Below, piece after piece: positions 17,804 through 25,955 of a stretch of DNA of 29,884 nucleotides. The translations under genes were made by a program, and so were the position numbers. How positions within the stretch are numbered: position 1 is the first letter of the stretch; every line of letters starts with the position of its first letter. The notes under the pieces are model-generated. The model searched no databases and was not told the origin of the DNA. It worked only from the letters and a program-made list of their open reading frames with translations. Source of the stretch: a virus (lineage: Duplodnaviria > Caudoviricetes); IMG/VR virus record IMGVR_UViG_3300025635_000118, positions 1 to 29,884 of that record; one strand, given 5' to 3'.

Positions 17804-19772
17804 AGTGATAGATCTTGTCAAACCAATCATTAGTGGAATTATCTGAGTCATCTAGCTTAAGTTCTTTATTGTACAACTCTCTTGTATGATACATCCCAAT
17901 CATTAAGGACATAGCTCGGTCAAAGTTGCCAGTTCTATTAAACTTAATCAACTCCAAAAGTAATGCAGGATCGTATATCTTGTGCATATTTAGTGTAACA
18001 TTTTCATCTTCGTCTACACCTCTACCACTAACTAACCAGTCTCTGATGTATAATTCCCCTTGAGCCTTACGTTGCTCAGTCATGTGCATACCGTACTGTC
18101 GTTTAACAGTCTTACTTCTAAGTTCACGTTTATCAAGCATTTCAAACTCTTCTTGCAATAAATGCATCTTTCGGAAACGTTTTGCATACGGAATTACTTC
18201 TCCTCTATCGTTCTCAAACCCTATCTTTGCATTGTAGTATTCTGCAAGCATGAATAGATTTCGGTTATATTCATCCTGAGATTGTGGACGGCCTACGTAA
18301 GAAGCAACTATAATATCATCTGGTTTAGAGATATTGTTAGGGACTTTTATAACATAGGCTGAACCAAGAGATGTGGCAGAGGCAGACTTACCTTGAGCAT
18401 ACGGGTCATGACAAATGATGTATAAGTTTTTAGGGGTAATTCCTTCTCTCTCAGTTTTGAATGGTGGTTCATAGACTACTACACAACCAGTTAAATCGTC
18501 GTCTTTTCTATGTGGGAATTTTGTAATAGGTTTAAGATTGGCATTAGGCCTGAAGTTAGTTTTGCCGTGGGTGTCATAATACATCTCACCACTAACTCCT
18601 ATAGCTTGGAGGTTGTTGGCAATTACTTTGTTGTACTGCTCTTTCAAAGAAGCTACGTCAAATACATTAGCAGTTACCTGCAAAGTAGCCTCTTGTGGGG
18701 TAAATGGGTGTTCGGCAATATACTGATCGAATGCCTTTGGATCATTACCTTTTTTCTTTTTTTCTCTTTGAGCTTCTTCATAGGACATAGCTTCTTCAAC
18801 GAGACTGTTCCCATTATTATCAATAAAGCCATCGAGATTTTTGTAAATTGGGACAAAGAATCCACAATAAGTTCCCATTGCTCCAGCATCCCAATCATTT
18901 TCAAAACCTAAACAATCGTAAGCTTCTGGGTGATAGAATAACTCTTCCATCCCATCAAATCCAGGACCTTCTTCTCCACCAGTTCCAAATGCAATCATTG
19001 TCCCAAGAGTCTTTGAACCCTGTCTCATTGTGGGCATTGCTACCTCCCAAGCTTTTAGCAACCCTGAGAATGACCCTGCCTCTTCGAAGAATATTAACTC
19101 ACCTGCTTTACCACGGATTTTATCTGGGTCATCTTTTAATGATACTCCGATAATCTGTGACTTAAACCCAAGAGTTACATCGGCTCCGTTTACGTTCTTT
19201 TTGTACCCAGACTGTTTATGCATTTCTCGGTCGATAAGACGTGGTTGAGTCCAAGCAGTATTATCGTCTACAAATGATACAATATCCCATGCTTTAGATA
19301 ACATCCCATCCCCAATCAAGTATTGCTTGTCAGAAGCAAATACAAAATTCTTAGAATTCCTAAGATGGAAATAGTTACGGCAAAGCATAGCTGCAGCTTT
19401 GTAGGAGAATCCTTTACGTCGTGCTTTAAGCACCACCATATGCTTGTTTTCTTTACGTGCTTTGTCAATTGCTGTAAAATATTCATAGTCTCCGTCATAA
19501 AATGCAGGGAAACTTCTATCACGTCGTGATATAATCTCCCCGTCAGGTTGTTCTTCATCTATAATCCTATCAATTGGACAATAGTTTAAGTAAAAGTAAT
19601 GAAATCCAGATATCTTAATCCCATTTATTTCATACCCATGTAGACATCTATTTTGCTCCTCATCCCAATACTCGTAGTACTGTTTTGTTCCTGGGAGTGC
19701 GTCTATATAGTGCCCAAACTCCTTGTAGTGGTTGGCAGCAGGACTAAATAAGTGAGTATCATTTAGTTTCAT
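17802..19772 (-). CDS. terL: Terminase large subunit
   Basis: Walker A LKARRKGFS, Walker B LIFFEEAG, FGTGG coupling motif, nuclease-domain ICHDPY and FDRAMS. Confidence 0.92.
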   Translation of the reverse strand: MKLNDTHLFSPAANHYKEFGHYIDALPGTKQYYEYWDEEQNRCLHGYEINGIKISGFHYFYLNYCPIDRIIDEEQPDGEIISRRDRSFPAFYDGDYEYFTAIDKARKENKHMVVLKARRKGFSYKAAAMLCRNYFHLRNSKNFVFASDKQYLIGDGMLSKAWDIVSFVDDNTAWTQPRLIDREMHKQSGYKKNVNGADVTLGFKSQIIGVSLKDDPDKIRGKAGELIFFEEAGSFSGLLKAWEVAMPTMRQGSKTLGTMIAFGTGGEEGPGFDGMEELFYHPEAYDCLGFENDWDAGAMGTYCGFFVPIYKNLDGFIDNNGNSLVEEAMSYEEAQREKKKKGNDPKAFDQYIAEHPFTPQEATLQVTANVFDVASLKEQYNKVIANNLQAIGVSGEMYYDTHGKTNFRPNANLKPITKFPHRKDDDLTGCVVVYEPPFKTEREGITPKNLYIICHDPYAQGKSASATSLGSAYVIKVPNNISKPDDIIVASYVGRPQSQDEYNRNLFMLAEYYNAKIGFENDRGEVIPYAKRFRKMHLLQEEFEMLDKRELRSKTVKRQYGMHMTEQRKAQGELYIRDWLVSGRGVDEDENVTLNMHKIYDPALLLELIKFNRTGNFDRAMSLMIGMYHTRELYNKELKLDDSDNSTNDWFDKIYH

Positions 19773-20023
19773 TTTTCATTAACTTGCTCTATTCTTTTTC
19801 TAACTTCAGTTAATTTCATTGGGCAATATAGTATCTTCCCATTTACCCATATCTCTGTTAAACCTAGGTCTATCCCTGATATTGCTATAGCATTAATGTT
19901 GTAAAAAACCATTTCTTCAGATGATTTAGTGTTAATCTCTGACTCTACCCCTAAAAGTCTGAGTTCAGATTCCTCTTTAGTCATCACTAGTATTGGAAGT
20001 ATTATTGCTTTCATTTTATTCAC
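19769..20023 (-). CDS. Hypothetical protein
   Basis: 84 aa; ATGA overlap with terL. Confidence 0.6.
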   Translation of the reverse strand: MNKMKAIILPILVMTKEESELRLLGVESEINTKSSEEMVFYNINAIAISGIDLGLTEIWVNGKILYCPMKLTEVRKRIEQVNEK

Positions 20024-20513
20024 TATATTTGTTTGTTTTTACTCCAGCCCTGTTTGGGTTGTCTTTGGCCTGTTGCTTTTGTACGAGTTCTTCGAGTCTG
20101 TCTAACCCTTCCACTACTTCCCCTATCTTAGATAGATTGGCAACCAGGTCTTTAGCTTGATAGAGTAGTTTACCGTTTTCATCCATAGCAGTTAAGTCTA
20201 TGTTTTCAAAGTATTTCTCAAGTTTGTTTACTGAAGATCGTGCAGATTTAAGAAGTTTAATAGCATGAGTTTCAGATAGTTCCATGTATTTATCGACTGC
20301 TGCCTTTAGATATGGGGTAATCTTAACCCCTAAATCTTTCATAAGAACTTCTTTTCTTTCTTCTTCCCCGTATGCTGAATAGCTAGATCTGTGATCTACA
20401 AAGAAGTAGACAAATGCAAGTTCTTTTACTTTGAGTTTTTCAAACTCAGGGATAGTCAGTGCATACGGTGATGGTATGACTACATTATTGTTTACTGTTA
20501 GCAAGTCTTTCAT
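20016..20513 (-). CDS. Conserved helical protein upstream of terL (terminase small subunit candidate)
   Basis: 165 aa; KELAFVYFFVDHRS.Y motif; position upstream of terL. Confidence 0.45.
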   Translation of the reverse strand: MKDLLTVNNNVVIPSPYALTIPEFEKLKVKELAFVYFFVDHRSSYSAYGEEERKEVLMKDLGVKITPYLKAAVDKYMELSETHAIKLLKSARSSVNKLEKYFENIDLTAMDENGKLLYQAKDLVANLSKIGEVVEGLDRLEELVQKQQAKDNPNRAGVKTNKYSE

Positions 20514-20724
20514 TTTTCTTTCTTTTTAGTTCGTTTAGATGAGCTATCCTAGATTTTTTTGCATGAAATTTTCCAAAATATGGTAGTCTAACTGTCTCAA
20601 AATCACCTAGTTTCATAATTTTTGTAACGTACTTAAATTGATAGTAGACAATATCTTCTATCTTATTTAGAGGCAAGTTATACTTCGTTGCTAACTTCTG
20701 TATTATTGCTTTCTCCGTCTTCAT
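20485..20724 (-). CDS. HU/IHF-like DNA-binding protein
   Basis: IQKLATKYNL...VRLPYFGKF is the HU/IHF V.L.gFG.F signature; lacks the long beta arm. Confidence 0.7.
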   Translation of the reverse strand: MKTEKAIIQKLATKYNLPLNKIEDIVYYQFKYVTKIMKLGDFETVRLPYFGKFHAKKSRIAHLNELKRKKNERLANSKQ

Positions 20725-20995
20725 TCTTTCTTAGATTTATTTTTCTTCCATTTCCCCCAACTTTGTACTTATCCCATTTTCCTTCAGGGCAGAATGCTGT
20801 AGCCCACCCACTCTTTTTTGGCATAAAACACCCACAATTATTGCAGGTATTATCTTCAGCAAGCAGTGGACAAGATGTGCAGATAGCCATTCTTTCGTTG
20901 TATACCTCTTCTGGTACAGGTGGCATACCTTCTTTTATAAATTCTGCAGATGCTTTTGCAAAATTCCAAGCTTTTTGTAATAGATTTGGCTTCAT
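20678..20995 (-). CDS. Cys-rich metal-binding protein (DUF6171-like)
   Basis: ERMAICTSCP...CNNCGCF...CPEGKW. Confidence 0.65.
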   Translation of the reverse strand: MKPNLLQKAWNFAKASAEFIKEGMPPVPEEVYNERMAICTSCPLLAEDNTCNNCGCFMPKKSGWATAFCPEGKWDKYKVGGNGRKINLRKNEDGESNNTEVSNEV

Positions 20996-21303
20996 GCTGG
21001 TATTATGTTAATCTGTACTGGTTCTTTTCTAAGAATTGGGGCAATATCATACCCATTCTTAGTTTGTACAATAGCATTTTTATCTTTCAATCTTTTAACG
21101 TAGTTGTTCAAAGTATTGTGATCTTTAATCTCCATCTTATCAGCCACCTTCTTTTTATTGGCTGGGGAGCATAGGTTTACTGTATCTCTTAAATCTATCA
21201 GGTTAGCTAGAACCTGTAACTCTGTGTCTGTTAATTCTAGTATCCCATTGAATACTTGTAGGAATTTTAGAGTTGTATCAGCTTTTATATTAATCTTCCT
21301 CAT
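20992..21303 (-). CDS. Winged-helix DNA-binding protein
   Basis: LTDTELQVL...VADKMEI...TLNNYVKRLKDKNAI pattern. Confidence 0.6.
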   Translation of the reverse strand: MRKINIKADTTLKFLQVFNGILELTDTELQVLANLIDLRDTVNLCSPANKKKVADKMEIKDHNTLNNYVKRLKDKNAIVQTKNGYDIAPILRKEPVQINIIPA

Positions 21304-21556
21304 CTTCGATAATTTTTCCGTTATCTATAAGTTCAATTTTAGCACGTCCATCTATTAGTCGTACTTTACAAGTTTTAGAATATGAGTTGAATTCGTTTAG
21401 ATGCTCTTCTATATTCTCTCTTGTGATTAAGAAAGTAAGGAATACCTCAAGTTCTTTAGCAGCTTTCAGTAATCCTTGTCTTTCTATCTTTACAGCAGAG
21501 GCACCTAGCTTCAATGTCTCATAATCATCTATGGTCATTGTTACTGTACCAGTCAT
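21290..21556 (-). CDS. Hypothetical protein
   Basis: 88-aa ORF in operon (GTVTMTIDDYETL start). Confidence 0.6.
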   Translation of the reverse strand: MTGTVTMTIDDYETLKLGASAVKIERQGLLKAAKELEVFLTFLITRENIEEHLNEFNSYSKTCKVRLIDGRAKIELIDNGKIIEDEED

Positions 21557-21571
21557 ATTTTAGTTACTTAC

Positions 21572-21850
21572 TTACTTAGTTACTACCCCAAGAACTGCCA
21601 TTGATTCGTTAATCATAACGTATTCGTTATCATCAATGTTAATAATAACTCCCTCACTTGCAGGGTGAATGTATACAACATCCCCGGTCTTGCATTTGCA
21701 ATCTGGTCCTGCAGCTAGTACTGGAAGTACGTTAGAACGTAATGCTGATGCTGATTTATCTGATAAGATAATTCCTGCATCTGTCACCTTTTTATCAGGT
21801 TTTGGGACAACTAGCCAATCTCTTGTTGGCTCAAAATTTAGATTTTCCAT
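21572..21850 (-). CDS. groES: GroES-like co-chaperonin
   Basis: FEPTRDWLVV, TDAGIIL mobile loop, VLAAGP, GDVV, EYVMINE..VLGVV. Confidence 0.85.
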   Translation of the reverse strand: MENLNFEPTRDWLVVPKPDKKVTDAGIILSDKSASALRSNVLPVLAAGPDCKCKTGDVVYIHPASEGVIINIDDNEYVMINESMAVLGVVTK

Positions 21851-21869
21851 TTGTTATTTAGTTTGCTTA
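21851..21869 (-). repeat. 19-bp exact repeat at a start codon, copy 1
   Basis: TTGTTATTTAGTTTGCTTA (+), also at 23437-23455. Confidence 0.9.
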
Positions 21870-21872
21870 ATG

Positions 21873-21905
21873 CAAATGTATAACAAAGACTATTATATAA
21901 CCAAA
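21873..21905 (-). promoter_or_regulatory. Full Bacteroidota promoter TTTG-N21-TACATTTG
   Basis: -33 TTTG at 21902-21905 and -7 box at 21873-21880. Confidence 0.7.
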
Positions 21906-21909
21906 TTTT

Positions 21910-22356
21910 TTATTTGATAATAGCTAATACTGTCGTAGTGATGAATAGTGTAGTAGTGACTACAAACACTCCTGTAGATATTTTATAGGTAGTTAGATCT
22001 TCTTTAGTTGTAGTTAACTCTGCATTTAAGTTTTCTACAGCAAGCTCTAAGCTCCCAATCTTTTCAAGATTTGCTTTACTCGATTCTTGACATTTAACAT
22101 AAGAATCATTTAACTTACTGATTGCCAGGTCTTTATCCCTTAATCTTATCTCGTAAGTATTAACATTCTGCTTAAGTATGAATTCACTTTTTTTGCATGC
22201 ATCAAATTCTACTAATGTTTTTAGTAGAATTTCCTCTTGCTTAGTTGTAAAGAATATACCAACTTGATTGTTGTAGTTAATTCTTTGGGGAGTAAGTTGT
22301 CCATAGCTGATCACGTTCATTGTTATCAGCACTAGAAATACGGCCAATGACTTCAT
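21910..22356 (-). CDS. Signal-peptide, coiled-coil, C-terminal hydrophobic protein (spanin-like partner)
   Basis: Overlaps the upstream gene by 80 nt; lies in lysis cassette. Confidence 0.5.
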   Translation of the reverse strand: MKSLAVFLVLITMNVISYGQLTPQRINYNNQVGIFFTTKQEEILLKTLVEFDACKKSEFILKQNVNTYEIRLRDKDLAISKLNDSYVKCQESSKANLEKIGSLELAVENLNAELTTTKEDLTTYKISTGVFVVTTTLFITTTVLAIIK

Positions 22357-22633
22357 CTCTATCTTTTTTTATGTTAATTATTAAGTTTGCATTTGCAAGT
22401 ATCTTGTACTTGTTGATACTATCTGTGTAGGATAAGCTATCTAAAAAGTATTGAGTCTTGATTGAGTCTATTTTCAACTGTGTCAAGTCATCATAAGTTT
22501 TTAGTTTTGCTTTGTAAGAGTCTATATCTTTCTTATAGTTATTTATAGAGTTAAATAAATATATAATTCCCCCTATAAGTCCTGCTATAACAATGATTAT
22601 AACTGCAATTGTATTAACCTTCAATTTGCTCAT
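22277..22633 (-). CDS. i-spanin-like protein
   Basis: N-terminal TM helix plus helical domain; follows holin. Confidence 0.5.
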   Translation of the reverse strand: MSKLKVNTIAVIIIVIAGLIGGIIYLFNSINNYKKDIDSYKAKLKTYDDLTQLKIDSIKTQYFLDSLSYTDSINKYKILANANLIINIKKDRDEVIGRISSADNNERDQLWTTYSPKN

Positions 22634-22889
22634 CTTGCTTTAGAGATTCTTTAGATATTTCTTTTTTGACTTCCATTTTCTGAGTAAACACCCCCTCTAA
22701 CATAGTCCCTACAAATACTCCACCACCTATAAACATAATGGTATTGTACATATACTCCGGGGTTTTGTACTCTGAGAATGTAGCTATCCATGCTAAGGCT
22801 GATCCTGTCAGTATGCAATACAGTCCAACAAGTCTTTTAGAACTTTGATCTCCGTCCTTGCTTAATATAGATAGTATCCACTTTTTCAT
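22614..22889 (-). CDS. Putative holin
   Basis: Two TM helices after SSKR, charged tail; coupled to the lysin gene by TAATG. Confidence 0.6.
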   Translation of the reverse strand: MKKWILSILSKDGDQSSKRLVGLYCILTGSALAWIATFSEYKTPEYMYNTIMFIGGGVFVGTMLEGVFTQKMEVKKEISKESLKQDEQIEG

Positions 22890-23437
22890 TAGAACTCTCT
22901 TAATAGGGTGTAAGTAAAGTCTTTAAGTCCTGACTCTTTGCAAAGCTTGATTAACTTAGCAAAGTCTTGTGGGTTATTCAGTACTTGACAACCTGCTGAC
23001 CACTTTTCAATGAATGTTGATATAGCAGATGGATTAGCTCGGTGAATGTTCACCCCAAATAAACCAGTATCTTCTATACCTTGTTCTTCAGCAGTCTCGT
23101 CTTTGTCAGTGTCACGGTAAACTGTAATAGGTTTACGTTGTACAAGTGCTTCATACTGACCTCTATGTAAACCTAATTTCCATGTGTCTACATACTGACC
23201 GGGCTTAAGTACTGCTGTACCTTTAGGGTTCATAAGGGTTAATAGCCAATGTCTACCTGGGTTAGTTGTACAGGTAAATGGACCATAAAACATTGGCCCT
23301 TGTATTATATAAAAGTGATCATCAAATTTGTTATTGACATTAGCTTTAGATCTTACCCCAATAAGGTGAAAGCTTGGCCATTGATATCCAAGTCTTTTGA
23401 GCTCTGTTTCCAGTTCTGTATAACTATATATTTTCAT
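22889..23437 (-). CDS. Putative endolysin with YkuD/L,D-transpeptidase-like motif
   Basis: NIH-x14-SAGCQV; precedes holin- and spanin-like genes. Confidence 0.6.
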   Translation of the reverse strand: MKIYSYTELETELKRLGYQWPSFHLIGVRSKANVNNKFDDHFYIIQGPMFYGPFTCTTNPGRHWLLTLMNPKGTAVLKPGQYVDTWKLGLHRGQYEALVQRKPITVYRDTDKDETAEEQGIEDTGLFGVNIHRANPSAISTFIEKWSAGCQVLNNPQDFAKLIKLCKESGLKDFTYTLLREF

Positions 23438-23633
23438 TGTTATTTAGTTTGCTTATAATTTCATCTGCTGTTTTGCAAATATCGTTATTTATTTTACATT
23501 CTGCTACTAGAGCATAAATTCCTTCGTCTAAAAATACATGAACACAAAGATCGTCTATTTTTTCATAGCCGTTTAGTGAGAAGTCTATCCCTCTATAATG
23601 CATAATGCTATTGCTTAGTGTTACTTCCTCCAT
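23424..23633 (-). CDS. Small protein after fibre gene (assembly chaperone candidate)
   Basis: 69 aa; starts 1 nt after the fibre stop. Confidence 0.5.
   Translation of the reverse strand: MEEVTLSNSIMHYRGIDFSLNGYEKIDDLCVHVFLDEGIYALVAECKINNDICKTADEIISKLNNNENI
23437..23455 (-). repeat. 19-bp exact repeat at a start codon, copy 2
   Basis: Identical to 21851-21869. Confidence 0.9.
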
Positions 23634-23634
23634 C

Positions 23635-25140
23635 TTATGCCTTGTTTACTTGTAAATGAACAAAAGAGCTTCTGGATGAGTCTGTTGCGTTTGAGTTCTG
23701 AATTGCAATAACAAGATACTGAGCAACAGTCCAATCTATGTTTGATGCTGTCACTGCTGTGCCTGTCACTCCTTCATCAATTGTTGCTCCCACCCCTGAT
23801 GGATAGCTCTCTGTGTTTGTTGTTGTCTTGACTGCAAATGTTCTTGACATCTGAACGAATAAAGATGTAGCTGCTGCTGTTGTGCTTGAAGCTACCAATG
23901 ATCCACCAATTACCGCAGTTGTGTTGAAATAAACACGAATGATAACTGTGCCAGCTGTTCCTGTTTTTCTCACTCTGACTTTGAAATTCAATACATCCCC
24001 AACTGCAACTGTATTGGCTGGTATTAAAACAGATGAAGTTGCTTGACTTGCTGTTGTTCCAGTTATAGCAGTTCCATCACTTGTACTTTGTTTATTTAAA
24101 GCAACCCCATTAGTAGTTATAGTAAAGTTGGGGTATGTACCAGATGTAACTATACCTGCACCTGCTGTTAAAGCTACAGTTTGGTCTGGGGCTGAGTTAG
24201 TAACTGTTACAGTCCCACTAGTTGTAATAGGGTTTGTACCAGATAAACTTATACCTGTGCCTGCAGCAAGCTGTACAGAAGTTACTGTACCGGTATTATT
24301 TGTGTAACCTGATGGATTAGTTGCATTATATGGTGTATACCCCAATGCTGTAATTACACTTTTATTTTTCCATAAACTTGTAGATGATTCATAAGTTAAA
24401 ACATCATTGTTAGATGGGGTTGGAACTAATACACCGTGCAATTCATCAAGTTCATAACCATTTTGAATTGCTAAAATTATTCTTCCCTGAGTTGGGTGTG
24501 CTCTAGCTACTGTCCCAATAAATACAGCATGATTAGGTTCTGCTGGAGGAGTAGTTGCAACCATTTCACCTGGGATGTTATTAAGCCATAGCCTATCCCC
24601 GTCAGCAAACATGTTTAATGCTAAATCATGCATTGTCCCTGATACAGTTACATACCCATCAGCATTGTTTGCAATGTCTGCAGATACTAACCCAATTGTT
24701 TTAGAACTAGTTGCCTCTGTTGATGCATCAGCTAACACTGCATTTGGACGATTACCTGTTGCACCACTTAAGTAAACTACTTGACCTTTGGTTAATGTAA
24801 CTCCAGTAGAATTTCGTACAATAATTTTTACACATTCTGCTTGATCTACAACACCGTCATTATCAGTATCATATGTAGATTTTAACATATCTCCACTTCC
24901 ACTAGAAGCTGATATTGTTAAAACTCCATTAACTTCTGTTATTGTAATCCCTGTCCCAGCTGTTACTATGTCTGATAAGTTCTTGAATCTGAATATTTTA
25001 GGTTGATATCTCCCATCATTTATAATGTGAGCCATCAATATCTGATTATGCCTAATGTTATCTTCCCTAATACGAGAACCGTTAGTAGTATCTATGTCTA
25101 CTAACTCTTTTAATGAGATATCTGTTTTTGTAATTTTCAA
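23635..25140 (-). CDS. Fibre protein (TTG start)
   Basis: AGTGITIT repeats, GDMLKSTYD.D.DG.VD, VRNSTGVTLTKGQVVY, LDELHGV, ALGYTP, GTVTSV fibre motifs; TTGA overlap with the upstream gene. Confidence 0.75.
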   Translation of the reverse strand: MKITKTDISLKELVDIDTTNGSRIREDNIRHNQILMAHIINDGRYQPKIFRFKNLSDIVTAGTGITITEVNGVLTISASSGSGDMLKSTYDTDNDGVVDQAECVKIIVRNSTGVTLTKGQVVYLSGATGNRPNAVLADASTEATSSKTIGLVSADIANNADGYVTVSGTMHDLALNMFADGDRLWLNNIPGEMVATTPPAEPNHAVFIGTVARAHPTQGRIILAIQNGYELDELHGVLVPTPSNNDVLTYESSTSLWKNKSVITALGYTPYNATNPSGYTNNTGTVTSVQLAAGTGISLSGTNPITTSGTVTVTNSAPDQTVALTAGAGIVTSGTYPNFTITTNGVALNKQSTSDGTAITGTTASQATSSVLIPANTVAVGDVLNFKVRVRKTGTAGTVIIRVYFNTTAVIGGSLVASSTTAAATSLFVQMSRTFAVKTTTNTESYPSGVGATIDEGVTGTAVTASNIDWTVAQYLVIAIQNSNATDSSRSSFVHLQVNKA

Positions 25141-25367
25141 TTGAGTTTAGTTCTAGCTTGAATCCACAAATGGCTTTTTTCTTGCTCTGCCGCCATTATA
25201 GCCATTATGCCTCTAAGTTCTTCGTATGTAAATTGAACAACAAGCTCATCTGAGTCGTTAAGTACTTGTATAATCTTGTCATCTATATATACTACAGCCT
25301 GTTCAGAGTCTTCCTCATCTTTTGTAAATGGGGGTTGATATACTCCAGTCTTAATATACGTAGGCAT
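25137..25367 (-). CDS. Hypothetical protein
   Basis: 76 aa; coupled to the fibre gene. Confidence 0.65.
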   Translation of the reverse strand: MPTYIKTGVYQPPFTKDEEDSEQAVVYIDDKIIQVLNDSDELVVQFTYEELRGIMAIMAAEQEKSHLWIQARTKLN

Positions 25368-25442
25368 TGAATTCTATTTTACTGCTAAAGTATGAAATTT
25401 CTCAATTGAGCACACCTCTCCCCTAGGAATTTTTACTGTTTA

Positions 25443-25650
25443 AAATTGAACTTTGAGTTACTGCCGTCTTTAGCCTTTGGAGGAACATTTCTATCAGCCC
25501 TTAGTTTTAACCCTCCCCAGTACTCTATATCAATTCTTTTTTTGCAACTATCGGGGACAACTTTTTCTAACTATGTCGATAGAAATAGAACCCGACTTCT
25601 GACCCCTTACTTGGTTACCTCAGGGGTGATCGTTATTGGTTAACGGTTGC
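25443..25650 (-). ncRNA. Candidate two-domain structured RNA
   Basis: Nested helices GCAAC/GUUGC, CGUUA/UAACG, ACCCCU/AGGGGU, GUCGGG/CCCGAU, GAAUUGA/UCAAUUU, GAGUACUG/CAGUAACUC, GGAGG/CCUCC; own promoter box. Confidence 0.6.
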
Positions 25651-25656
25651 TGTTTG

Positions 25657-25664
25657 CAAATATA
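25657..25664 (-). promoter_or_regulatory. Bacteroidota -7 box TATATTTG
   Basis: TAnnTTTG with TTG 21 nt upstream (25686-25688). Confidence 0.65.
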
Positions 25665-25674
25665 AGTAATTTGA

Positions 25675-25812
25675 TTACCCTTGTCCAACTGAAAGTTTGT
25701 GATAATGTTTAGAAGTTTTCAACTTAGAGTGTTTAGTTTTAGCATGAATACCTGGTCTCTTAACTTTAGGTTTAGCTTTAAATGTAGTCTGTGTTTGTTT
25801 AACCTTTGCCAT
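25675..25812 (-). CDS. 45-aa very basic peptide ending in GQG (not in ORF track)
   Basis: MAKVKQTQTTFKAKPKVKRPGIHAKTKHSKLKTSKHYHKLSVGQG; overlaps the upstream ORF end. Confidence 0.7.
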   Translation of the reverse strand: MAKVKQTQTTFKAKPKVKRPGIHAKTKHSKLKTSKHYHKLSVGQG

Positions 25813-25939
25813 TTCTATCAACAATTATGTTTAGAACAGTCCTAAAGAAATAGAACTTTACTCCCCAATGCTTTAAGCCTTTGTAAAAAGTAAATCCTAA
25901 TTTTTTAGTTCCGTAAGTTTTGTAAGTAAAAACGTTCAT
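25799..25939 (-). CDS. 46-aa aromatic/basic hypothetical protein (start revised)
   Basis: MNVFTYKTYG...; this start avoids overlap with the 25956-26105 ORF. Confidence 0.45.
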   Translation of the reverse strand: MNVFTYKTYGTKKLGFTFYKGLKHWGVKFYFFRTVLNIIVDRNGKG

Positions 25940-25955
25940 AACTGTAATTTTTGGG

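Noticed and set aside
15678-19558. Alternative-frame minus-strand ORFs inside portal and terL (15678-15908, 18674-18904, 19316-19558)
   Set aside because: Fully nested in conserved genes with no independent signals
9822-19772. Introns or inteins in terL, portal or MCP
   Set aside because: ORFs are continuous and of ordinary length; no intein or homing-endonuclease motifs seen
551-24775. Plus-strand ORFs in the track within the late module (e.g. 551-775, 3291-3629, 12030-12503, 18510-18911, 20688-21011)
   Set aside because: All are antisense shadows of longer minus-strand genes with recognisable motifs
25488-25500. CUGAUAGAAA on the minus strand resembling a hammerhead core
   Set aside because: Not CUGAnGA, and no stem II between it and GAAA
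25446-25643. 65-aa plus-strand ORF
   Set aside because: TTG start, antisense to the module; the region is better explained by the minus-strand structured RNA
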